Origin: Octopus bimaculoides
Lineage: Eukaryota
Reading direction: 5' to 3'
DNA: 54,986 nt
Assembly (NCBI RefSeq): GCF_001194135.2
Contig: NC_069003.1
Coordinates: 17,134,101 to 17,189,086, forward strand
The position numbers and the translations under genes were made by a program. The notes below the pieces were generated by a model, which had not been told where the DNA came from, searched no databases, and was given only the letters and a program-made list of their open reading frames with translations. Below, in pieces: positions 37,546 through 49,049 of the stretch (its first letter is position 1; each line of letters begins with the position of its first letter).

Positions 37546-38609
37546 ATCAAAATAACCAAGTAAGGTGAATAAAATCAAAATAAGCAACAGGATATCAAGA
37601 AGTGATGCAGTATGACTGTTTCAAGCAGCTCCATTTAATTGAACAATGCAATCATTACATCAATATAAATGCAGAGCTATCATCAGCTGCACAAATAAAT
37701 AGAATTTTAACTAGTTGGACACATGAATATAATTTTTCTCAAATACTTTAACAGACCAAGAAGAAATTCATGTTGTCACTATTGTAGCTAAGAATAGACT
37801 ACACTTCCAAAAATGGCATGAAGCCCATTTGGGGTCATAGCTTGTAAAGGATTGTGGTTCATTTCTAATTTATTTGTCTTTTTATCAACTACTAAATCTA
37901 AGACTAGAGGACTGTGTCTGTTTAGAATGAAGGGCAAGAGTGAGTTGACAGCTCATGCCTAGGTATGGTCATAAATATTGTCAAGACATTAGGAGTAGTA
38001 AATTGGATATAGAGTAACTGTCTATAAAATGAGGCTGGGTAGGGGAAAACTCTAAATCATGATGTTAATTACCAGTTAAAGGGGCAAGATGCTAATAATG
38101 ATAAGAAATACACATAACCTACATTTAAAGAGACAAGGTATTAAAATCTGAAGTAGGGTAACCTGAAACGAGGAGGTAGTAGGTTGGGCATAGCAAGAGC
38201 AGCTAGAGGTATTCAGGCCAAAGAGATTTTATAAGTTGTAATGTTACAGGTGCTATTATATATACAATTTTATAATTTCTAGTGGGCATATAATTAAGAG
38301 ACTTACATAAAAGCCATTACAAATATCCATAATATATAGTGGGGTAGAACATCATAGAAAGGAAAAAAATAGTTTAATCACCAAAAATATAATGAAGTCA
38401 GACTAACTAAGCAGGAGTTATGGGATAGTAATTACATACAGCAAACCACATACCATAACATATAGTTTGATAACATATGCAATGCAATTTAATTCACCAT
38501 ATAACATAATATCCCATGATTTTATTTTATCTAATACTAAGGGTAAGTTGACAACAGATACAACACCAAAATTAATTTACACCACCAAAGTTCAAGCATG
38601 GCACCTATA

Positions 38610-38650
<41 letters not shown>

Positions 38651-38841
38651 GTATGGTAGATGAGTTCAGCAAAAATTTAGATTCAGATGAATATGGTNNN
38701 NNNNNNNATTCAGATGAATATGGTACTTAAGTTGAGGCACTAGAATTTAGTACGGTAATCTCTATACAATTTCAAAGTAAGGTGATTAAAATCAAAATAA
38801 GCAACAAGGATATCCAGAGGATATCCTTGTTGCTTATTTTG

Positions 38842-38843
<2 letters not shown>
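37546..38843 (-). mobile_element. Interrupted terminally redundant unit with hammerhead scaffold, bounded by (TA)n and ending in a perfect hairpin
   Basis: GTAAGGTGA(A/T)TAAAATCAAAATAAGCAAC(A)AGGATATC occurs at 37559 and 38777; 25-bp perfect inverted repeat at 38791-38843. Confidence 0.55.
37606..37691 (-). ncRNA. Type I hammerhead scaffold with long stem II; stem III decayed
   Basis: TGCAG-CTGATGA-[TAGCTC...GAGCTG]CTT-GAAA-CAGTCAT-A-CTGCA; the GAAA-to-stem I spacing is the same as in the 45272 motif. Confidence 0.5.
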
Positions 38844-38876
<33 letters not shown>

Positions 38877-38896
38877 TACATACATACATACATACA

Positions 38897-38928
<32 letters not shown>

Positions 38929-38993
38929 CATGTGGTCTAGTGGTTAGGTTGTTGCACTCATGATAGCTAGATTGTGGGTTCAATTCCATGACT

Positions 38994-39058
38994 GGGGAAT
39001 GTTGGCTCCAGGGAAATGTTGGCTCCAGGGAAATGTTGGCTCCAGGGAAATGTTGGCT
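38994..39058. repeat. 17-bp tandem repeat x~4 (GGGAAATGTTGGCTCCA) inside a SINE
   Basis: Direct inspection; no spacers. Confidence 0.9.
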
Positions 39059-39439
39059 TGATCACATAGCCAGCAGGGTGGTGTCATTTGAAGGCTAATA
39101 CAATGCAAAAGTGCATTGTCATCAGCAATGTGTAACAACATCTGATAGCCTGGTAGGTCACATGGTCATGTGATATATACACACACACACAACAGGCTTC
39201 TTTCAGATTTCATCTACCCAATCTACTCATAAGGCTTTGGTCAACCCAGGGCTATAGTAGAAGACACTTGCCTAAGGTGCCATGTAGTGGGAGTGAACTT
39301 GCAGCCATATGGTTGGGAACTTCTTGACATATAGACATGCCCTTGCCTTTGTTTATGCTTTTATTTTTTAAAATTTTATTTCATTTGATTTCATCAATCA
39401 CTGTTACTACAATTGCTGCCAACATACCTTTGAATTATT

Positions 39440-41560
39440 TGTTGTGGAAGGATTCTGACCACCCACCAAGTGGCAAAAAGGCGAACTGACTCATTGTTAC
39501 AAATTAAAGAACCATGAATGATTGAGAGTTTGGGTTGGTAAGCAGATCACTTTCCCCATACAAATAAGTTCAGCAAAATATTTAATAGGCACACCCTAGA
39601 ATTTCCTTTAATTGTGCATCCAATGTAAAAAAAGACTTTAGTAAGTAGGCCCACATCGGAGACTGAAGTAGGATGCTCATGTAGGGGTAACACAATGTGT
39701 CCACTGAATGGCCACTGCAACACGGGAACCATCATATATAAGACAGAGGTGACAGCAATAGGACCAAATGGGCAACCAAACAAGTGAAAGTACATGGTAG
39801 CAACTGAAGGTTCCTGCAGAATCTGCTATAACAACCACAAGTTCTCCTACAATATTCCAGAGAGACATAATGCCACAACCCTGAGAATCCAGCAGAGATT
39901 TTGACAAGAACATACACTAATGCACCTACAAACACATATGCCCAGCATGGCAGATACCCACCCAATGGACTTTTTTCCATGCTCTCCACCCACACATATT
40001 GAACCCTACACACTGTAACCCAGGGTTACATTAAAAAGACCACAAAAATAATTTTCATAGCAGCCCTTCTAATTGGATACAGGTAGGATTAGCATGAATA
40101 TTATCAATAGAGTAATACACACCCTTAAATTAAAAATTAGACTTTCACTGTGGTCAGACACCCAGTAGGTAATTAGATGGTTTAAGGAACTAGAAATAAG
40201 CAAAAATAATTAATTCATACAACTAGATATAAATAGCTATTATTCTACCATCAACCCAATCCTTCTTAATAAGGTCTTAATTTATGTAATGAGGAACTTG
40301 GATCTGTCTGCACAAGAGATAGACATAATACTAGCTGCATGAGGAACCATAATAGATTTTGATGGGAAACTTTGGAATAGATCGGATAGGAGAGGGATGC
40401 CTTCAGTATAGCAATGGGATCCAGTGACTCGGCACAAATCATGGATTTGGTTGGAGTGAACATTGTATCCCTAATTGAGTCTTGGTTTCCAGGAATGAGG
40501 CGTGGGGGTAGGTTTCTATATATTCTTTGTAGTAAGTATGACGTAATAAGGTAGAGATAGAGAGGTATAAGAAACTATTATTCAAATTCTTCAGAAATTT
40601 TGGCTTATTTATCACTATAGAAAATAATTACCATAAAATTAATTTTTTAGATGCTACTTTCAGCTGAGATATTGGATCATATGAACGTTTCACAAGCCCA
40701 ATGAATATTTAATGTACTTTAATATGCAGTCAAATCACCCACCTTCTCTAAGGGGAATAGTAAAAAATATTTCTATTAGAATATTTAGGCTATCAGTACT
40801 CTATTATAATGGTGCTTTGGCTAGGGTTGGATACACAGAAAAAATAAGATATATGTATACAATAATAATATATGTAATTTTGATAACCAAAATACTAGGA
40901 AAAATACACCAACATAAAAACACAGTTGCAGACACTGAACTGACATAGATGATCTGAATAGGCCAACAATCAAAATATCAAAGATAAAACAGAGACCGTT
41001 AGTGAAACATACCAAAATATACGACTAACATACAACACATTAAATAGTCACAATCCCACATCATACATTAGAAGCAACAAACTGAACAAAAAATACAAAC
41101 AATCTGACGTCTTGAGGTACAACCTTATCTGTGGTTCATATATATCCTTGAGGATTGCGAAGGAGTTTTTTTTACCCCATTTGATAGGTGTTTCCCCAAA
41201 TCTAATAAATATCATAAGATATTTAACTGATATACTTTGAAGGTATCATATGCAAACTCTAGAAACTTGGAACACCACATACATAAAATGAATCATAGGA
41301 AACTGAACTGGGAGCTAAAATAATGAACTCAGTGGGTCCATAACAAAAGACACAAGGGACTTGGAAAATAAGGAAGGAACAAATCATTTAGTCTCTAATA
41401 GTTACAATGAAACCAACAACATAAACTGGCACAGTGTAAATACAACCAACAGTGAATGTGCTGAAATTTCCAATGCTAATGGCATGAATTACAGTAGTAA
41501 CCGATTCAATGATAACCTGTTGGGGCCATGTAATAATAGCAACAAAACTAAAACTGGGAA
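39440..41560 (+). mobile_element. Tandem Penelope-like fragments (GIY-YIG end, then RT of the next copy)
   Basis: CSCRGNTMCPLNGHC...IIYKTEVT (39680-39900); TLKDHK, IQLDINSYYSTI, AMGSSDSAQIMDLVG, SNHPPS (40020-40800); FPKSNKYHKIFN (~41200). Confidence 0.82.
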
Positions 41561-41562
41561 TA

Positions 41563-42862
41563 TGAAGGGTGTTCATTAAAGATTTCCCCTGACCCACTTC
41601 CAGTTATTGCAAGAATGGAATTTGTACAGGTATAATCATACATGTATTTACATGTCACAATGTAAATTGCAGCTTTCCACTAGTATTCATTTGTCTTTAC
41701 AGCTGCTGAAGTGGACTAAGATATTATAATGGAGGCAGTTGAATGCAGATCAGTGATCAGGTTTTTATACTTGAAAGGTCATATACAAAAAGAGACATTT
41801 GATGAGACAAAAGAAGTTTATGGTGACAATTTACCATCATACAACATAGTCAAGCACTGACATCACCAGTTCAAATGTGGCTGGACATTGGTGGAAACTG
41901 TTCCTATTCCTGAATGACCACATTCTGCCATTGACAACGACACCATCCATAAAGTGGAAGCCATCATTTTGGAGGATAACCACATAACTATTCAGCAACT
42001 AGCCCAAGAAGTGAAGATAAATGTAGGGTCCATGGGAAAAATCATTCATGACCATTAGCACATGCGGAAGTTGTCTGCACAATGGATTTCCTGGATGCTC
42101 ACAACTTTTCAGAAGCTCACACCTTTTCACAAGTCAATTGCTCCCAGGCTCTTTTGGCAATGTGCCAAGAAAATGAGGAGGACATTTTTTGCAGATTTAT
42201 CATGCAGGATGAAACATGACTCCATCACTATGATCCTGAAACTTAAGTCCAGTCAAAGCAATGGAAGCATGATAACTCACCACCTCCAAAGAAGGCTTGT
42301 GTCCAACTCTCAGCAGGCAAGATGATGCTCACAGTCTTTTGGGACCAGCGCAGAGTAGTGATGATGGATTTTCTGGCAAAAGGCACCACATTTAACAGGG
42401 CATATTATGCTTCTCTGCTGCAGAAATTGTGGGATGCCATCAAAGCAGAGTGGTGTGGCATGCTGATCAAAGGAGTCTGCCTCCTCCAAGACAATGCCCC
42501 AGTTCACAATGCGCATGTTGCCCAGAAGAAAGCACACTCCTGTGGCTATGAAATCCTTCCTCATCCCCCTTATTCTCCCTACCTTGCACCATCTGACTTT
42601 TGCTTCTTTTCAACCATGAAGTCTTTTTTGAAGGGGAAGCACTTTTCAGATGATGATGTACTTATTTCTGAGGTAAAGTTTTGGCTCCAGATGCAGCCTA
42701 CTGACTTCTACAGATGAGATCATTACAGCTGCATAAAGCGATGGAAGAACTGTGTCACCATTGGTGGTGGCTATATAGAGAAGGACAAATAATTATGCCA
42801 AGTTTCATTTATCCCAGTCCTTGGGAAGTGGGTCAGGGGAAATCTTTAATGAACATCCCTCA
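41563..42862 (+). mobile_element. Full-length degenerate mariner (DD34D), inserted in the Penelope fragment
   Basis: TA TSD (41561-62, 42863-64); 39-bp TIR TGA(A/G)GG(G/A)TGTTCATTAAAGATTTCCCCTGACCCACTTCC; LQDNAPVH...YSPYLAPSDF gives 34 residues between the two Ds. Confidence 0.95.
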
Positions 42863-45271
42863 TACATGTACTTATGATTGTCACAAAAGACTTTTTACTG
42901 AACAATGAATAGATCAATATATGCTCCATAAGATGGAATGTATGCACAATTAGACTGTAGTGCATTATTAAATGTTATTGACCATTTATTCAATTAATGC
43001 GTATATACTGACATTACTTTTATTGTTTGAACCTAATGTATACTATGTTAATGATATTATGTCTCATTGTTTGCAAACTCCCATGTATTTGTGCATGTCG
43101 TTTGACAAGTCACCCAATTTTTGAAAGAATATCTGTGTGCAAGTATGAGAATATAGCTAGAGGCAGAGGGACACAGACACATGAATACTCGTATGTGTAA
43201 TTAAAATACAAATATGGGCATATTGATCTATATATGTACGTATGAGTATGTATGCTTAAGGGTATATGCAAGTGTATACATCGGTACATATATAAAGAGG
43301 TTAATGAGTGTGTGTGTGTGTATGTGCGAGGCTATGTGGATGACGATATGGACTCGCATGTGTGCATCTGTCTATGTGTAAATATCTATAGACTGAGGTC
43401 ATGTGTATGCATGTGTAGCAGGAGTATTTAGTCACTACATCCAATGTCATGATTGGCTAGAATATGGAAATTCTGACCAGTTGGGACACTGCCTAGAGCT
43501 GACCTGCAGAGATTCTAGCTTTTGGAGCTGTCTCTGAGTTGATTTTTTTGCTATAAAAGCACCAGATTTCAGGTGCCTAAGGTAGAGCACCAGAGCTGTG
43601 AGACAGAGCACACAAAGTGCTAAAAGCTGTTGCACAAAGTGCTGCGAGAGTACACACAGAGAACACTGAAGGAATGGCCTAACTGAAGAGATGACTGGTT
43701 GACTTGACTGCTGATCAACTACTGAATTTCCTTGTCTGTCTCCACAGTCACTTGAAGAAAAACAACATTCCAACTCTCCACAATTTGGTCATTCATCATA
43801 ACGATATCTTTCCTGGTAAACAAAGAAAATAAATACTTCCTTAATTGAAAATCTCTCAACCAGGTTTCTGTCTTTATCATTCCATCTTCTTTATACTTTT
43901 ATATCTGTCAGTGAGAGGGTTGAGCCTAGATTGGGGATGCAAATGTTCAGGACAGTTGATATCTTTTCATAAGTCTACTTTGGCATCTAATTTACTGTCA
44001 CTGGCCACAACAGCCTGTTGATTCTATGGGGCACGTGCATGTGGACACCAGAGTTGGCTGAATAGCTGGGTATCAGTGAGCTAGAGATGAAGAGGAGTGA
44101 ATGTGTTTTCATATGTGCATGTATCTTTACCCCATAAAATACTATACTCACCAAATGTCTGCTTAAATGCTCGATTGCATCTTTGTGTTTTGTCTCTTTA
44201 TATCATACTTGGTTGTCTTATCATTTTTTTATTTTATTTATTGTATATCTTTATCAATGCAAACATAGTACTTGGTCATTGTATACTTATCTAGTTTAAA
44301 AAAAAAAAATTGATTCTTATAAGCATATTTATGATTAATTATAAGTAGGTTCATTACCTATAAAAAGAACTGTACTTCATTCCAAGTCATTTTAAACCAT
44401 GATCTCCCCTGTACACAACAAGCTACAACAAATAACAAAATGCATTATAATTAGACTAAGTGAAACTGAATTTAATGAGTGAGGTACCTTTTGAAGTGTC
44501 ACCTGGTGTGTCATATCTGCACCACAACCAGTTGTCTAAAATCTCACTTGTGAGGGACCGATGCAAGATGGGTCAAAATGATTGTAGTGGTTGATGAAGA
44601 ATCTCATGAATTCCATTTACCCTTTCTCTCATATGTTATATACTCAACGGACATGGAGGAATTCTTGAAGTAAATCTAGTGGCACTTACTGTTGTTGACA
44701 TCAGGTAGCTGAAGACAGTGAATATGCTTTAAATGGAATACTACCACATACACATACATCATTATTATTATTATTATTTAAAACAGTTTGATTTGGCTTA
44801 ACAGAAACCCATCTTGTTCAGGTATAGGTTATTGAACAAAGAAACAGGAAGTCTAAGATGGCTGCCGGAAAATAAGCTGCTATTGGGCAAGGTGGATTAG
44901 AGGTGAGATTAGCAATTCACTGACACCAGATGCGCCAGAGAAAATTTCTTGGACTGCTTGGGTGATCAGGAATCTGGTGTCTTGATGTCTGGGAGCTGAT
45001 AGAAGTAAGGCTGGTGTGTGTGTATGTGAGTGTGTGTGCAAACATGCATGTATGGGCATGTGTGTGTAAGCATGTACATTCTTGCATTTATATGTAAACA
45101 TATATGTGCATGTAGGTTTGTCTGGAAGAACATATATGTATGTGTGTGTTTTTTACCAGGTATGTATGTATATGTACACACACACATATAATTGTTAAAC
45201 AGGACAGTAAACATTAAGGCAAGGCAAACATCTCAAGTTGTATACAATGTTATTATAGGAAGAAATTCAAA

Positions 45272-45327
45272 GTCTTACAGCTGTTTCTGGGATATCCCTG
45301 AGTATGGGATATTCCATTATCAGAGAC
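45272..45327 (-). ncRNA. Type I hammerhead ribozyme with palindromic stem III (G8>A)
   Basis: GTCT-CTGATAA-TGGAATATCCC ATACTCA GGGATATCCCA-GAAA-CAGCTGT-A-AGAC; stems I and II pair (10 of 11 in stem II); ACAGCTGT is a perfect palindrome. Confidence 0.8.
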
Positions 45328-45859
45328 AACTAGGGGAAAAAAATTGGGAAAATGAGAATGGTATATATTAATAAGATAACAACATAGAGGAAGGGTGTAA
45401 AAGAATAAGGGAGATGGAAAGAAAGAAGCAAAAAGAAGCATAAAAGTTCATAGTTCAACTTTCTGAAGTTATAGAAACAGAGCATGGGTCCTTAGGGGCA
45501 ATCCTGCATAGATCCATGAGCTATAACCTTGGAGCCCTAGTAATCCATTACAGCACTTGCCTAGCATACCTAATCATTTAGATCATCTGTGAACTAAACC
45601 CCCATACTTTGTATATATATATGCATACTTTTGATATTTATGTGTGTGGGTGTGAGAGATGTATGCTAATGCAATTGCAATCATATTTCTGGGGGGTGGG
45701 GGAACCAAAAAAAGGTGTTGGATTAGAATTTGGTGGTGTGGGGACAAGGTAAGAGAAGAGGAATGCACATATTTTGATGAGTGTGTGAATGTTTGTGTTT
45801 ATGGAGGAGAATATAGGGTCTGCAGGGGATGCATAAGGTTGTGGGATCAGTCAGCAGTT

Positions 45860-46420
45860 TGTGTAGGCATTGGTGGTTAGGGACCCTGTTTTTGGTTGTG
45901 GAACAGCCAGTATTGAGGAGCAGCTGATGTTAAGGTGGCATATCTGGGTTGTTGGCAGCCAGTGGTTTTGAAGTTCCCCAGGAGGATGTACATCTAATGA
46001 CAACAATAAGACAGTTCATATTTTCTGTTGACAGATACTGCAGGTTGATGGAGAATGTGCAGTCTTTCATGGAGGCAGAGTTGGCAATTGTGGGTATTAG
46101 GTGAGTTGAGTGGATCTGGTCTATGATAGTCTATTTGATGTTGGCTGTTTCATTCTGGAAGTCATGGAATCTCTATAGAAAATGTGACAAACAAGTAGAA
46201 TTCTCTTTTATCTCTGCATCTAAGTGAGTGTATATACTGTGTGTACCTTCCCTTGAAATCATTGGCTGTCAGGCCCATGTAGTGTCTTGTGTTACCGTCA
46301 GATTATGTGATGGTGAATCTGTAGACTACAGCCCTTGAAAGGCAGGTTCCTCCTAGAAGACAATTGTTAGGGTTTCAGCTGTTACAGGTGTCAATGAACT
46401 GCTGATCTTGCCTCTAACAA
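45860..46420 (-). mobile_element. Penelope-like GIY-YIG endonuclease fragment
   Basis: NNCLLGGTCLSRAVVYRFTIT...HYMGLTANDFKGRY...NSTCLSHFL. Confidence 0.85.
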
Positions 46421-46749
46421 CACCACATGACCTGCCTCAACCAATAGCAGCCCATTTTTCAGCAGCTGTCTTACGACTTACTTTGCTTCTTCATTTCGTA
46501 ATTTAAGCCTGAATGAGATGGGGGTTTCTTATTTCTTTATTGCCCACAAGGGGCTAAACATAGAGGGGGTTTCTGTGAGAAGCCAGCAAAACTTTAAATC
46601 ACAGCCAAATCAAGCTGTTATGAATAAAAGTACTTATAACTCCCACTAAATGTGTTGTCCACTCACTTGTATATCCCATGTCAGCATGGAAAGAGGATGT
46701 TAAACGATGATGATGATGGAATATACATATATATATATACACGGTTCTA

Positions 46750-46899
46750 GGTAAATTCCACAGTGATAAATTCCACAGTGATAAATTCCACCATGGAAAA
46801 TTCCACCAGGTAAATTTCACCATAGGTAAATTCCACCACAGTATATTCCACTGTGGTAAATTCCACTGTGGTAAATTCCACTGTGGTAAATTCCACTCA
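46750..46899. repeat. 15-bp minisatellite x~10 (GGTAAATTCCACTGT consensus)
   Basis: Direct inspection; unit junctions form GTGG-TAAATT-CCAC inverted pairs. Confidence 0.92.
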
Positions 46900-47009
46900 T
46901 GGACAGACTTCCAATATAAGCTGCTCCCGCTAATAATCACCTTTGTCTGTTTCTCTAGACTGTAGGTCAATACCTATGTTATTTAATCTGTTTGTCTCTC
47001 AAGTCTTAA

Positions 47010-47142
<133 letters not shown>

Positions 47143-47389
47143 CTGAAGGGGAGATAGAAAATAATCCTTATAATCTACTTGAATTGAGATGGGATCACTT
47201 TAATGTACTCCCTTGGAACAAGAATCTATGACAAAAAACTAATCACAAAATTTCAAAAATAATATAATTTGGGATAAAGAAAGAAAAGATTAAATTTTAG
47301 CACACATTTTATTATAACAATAGGATAAAAAATAACAGCAAGTACATTGTGAAGCAGAGTTAGGATAAGAAAGTTTGATTTATTTAAAA

Positions 47390-48500
47390 AAATTTTTCTT
47401 AAGGCAAATTGTGTGCAATACTTCTTAAAAATTGCAGAGGGTTTTCATTTTGATATTCCTGAACTAGCTTCTTCAGTCATGCATCAATAATTTGATAAGT
47501 CTTTTTTGTTGTTGTTGAGTCTTCACATCAAATGTGTGCAATTTTTGTCTGGCTTAATCCTTCCTCAGATTTAAGGGCAGTGCATAGTTCCCACAAATTT
47601 GGACGTGTGGATGTTAAGTGATGAGTGCAAAGCATTGTGGAACCCTTCTAAAGAATTATTTGATCTTGGCAAGTCCTTTAAGATGTGATCACGTACATTT
47701 CAGAGTTGTATAGGAAAATGTGGAGTTTCTCTTTGCCAACAAGGACCACGCTCCCTTACAACCCCAGTGTATGTAATCTTAAAATAGGTGATAAACTCAG
47801 AAGGGATGTCTTCTTCGTTAGACAAATCTCCAAATACTCTGACAACGTCTTCAATGGGGAAAAATGCTAAAGCACAAAGGCACTTAATTTTAAGCTGAAA
47901 ACTTTCATCTGTGTTGTATTTCATACTCTCACCAAGTGCACATATCTTCCGCCAACAAGACTGTCTGAGATGAAAAACACACCCAACTACTTCTGAATAT
48001 GGAAATAGAGAAACAAGTGTATTATGGAGAGCTTTTCAAAGTCCATGAGACAGGTTACAGGTTGACAATTTGGTCTTAAATCATGCACAGAAGACGATGA
48101 TATGAGGCTTCTTTTTGTTGGGAAGTAAGGCAACTAGTTGGAGCACACATGAACTTCCAGTGATGATATATAGTGTCACTAACTGACTCCACAAACTAGG
48201 AGATACCTTGAAAGTTCAATCACAGGCCCAATTCTTAGAGCTTTCTAGATCATCCAAGCCTTTTTCTGTGGAAAGAACTAAAATTCTGTCTGAGTCATCA
48301 ATGTCACTGTCAAAGACCAAAAAAAAAAGGACCCATCTTCTAAATATCTAACTGTATCAGGAATTTCAAACCCTGACCTACAAGTTGGAAGTGCTGGACT
48401 CCCTAAAGCATGCTGCCTCCAGTAATGTATGTTATGTGTAAGCCCAGGGATGGTTTGCAACTGTGATTTTGTTTGAAAAAATTACTTCTGGTTCACTGCT
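47390..48500 (-). mobile_element. MULE/Mutator transposase relic
   Basis: CLMDFE; LCALAFFPIEDVVRVF...TYFKITYTG...PHFPIQL; LPRSNNSLEGFHNAL, all typical of animal MULE DDE domains. Confidence 0.8.
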
Positions 48501-49049
48501 TTTGTAAGTTGTATGCAGTCTGGCTCGGCAACCTTTATAAAACTGCTCACAATGCCATTATGTCCTGGTTTTTCTGCTGTTGTTTCATTACAAAGCTTTC
48601 GTTTGTTCTTCTTGGATGTGATAAATCTGGCAGCCATAGTCGAGGGAGTCAAAGTTAATTCCTTGGAGGTGTCTTCAACTCTGGTGTTGAGTGCACGTCG
48701 TTTTCTTTTTCCTTGTTTTTTTATTTTTATTCTTCAATGCAGTTTTGACAACTGACAACTGTCAGATTTCCTGTTTAAATACTCACTGGTAGGCTTCAGC
48801 TGCTATAGCTAATTAACTGTCACATGACACAACTTAAGCTTCAACTGACCAATGTAGGGGAAGGGCACATAATTTTGGCCTGTGCTCTCTCTAGGCCAAC
48901 CTTCCAACAGAGTTGTTTAAATTTCAGTTCCATCAGCCAAAGCCAACTAGCTATCAAACCTTTGAACCATCAAGGAGTGCAGCATGCAATGAATGAGATA
49001 TGTTCCCTTGGCTGACCTGTCAAGTAGCAATGATGTTGAAGTGTCAGCC

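Noticed and set aside
38681-38725. Direct repeat ATTCAGATGAATATGGT on both sides of a short gap
   Set aside because: Typical unmerged contig overlap.
43447-43812. In-frame TGA as selenocysteine
   Set aside because: No recognisable selenoprotein family or SECIS; a single stop is more simply explained by decay.
46482-46508. 27-nt micro-exon candidate (AG|GCTTAAATTACGAAATGAAGAAGCAAA|GTAAGT; LKLRNEEA) on the MAD1 strand
   Set aside because: Ends in phase 2, whereas the next MAD1 exon needs phase 0; no convincing MAD1 match; sandwiched between repeats.
38994-46899. 17-bp and 15-bp arrays as CRISPR
   Set aside because: Adjacent units have no unique spacers, there are no cas genes, and the context is eukaryotic.
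46599-46970. ORF with WNLPQ repeats
   Set aside because: Translation of the 15-bp minisatellite.
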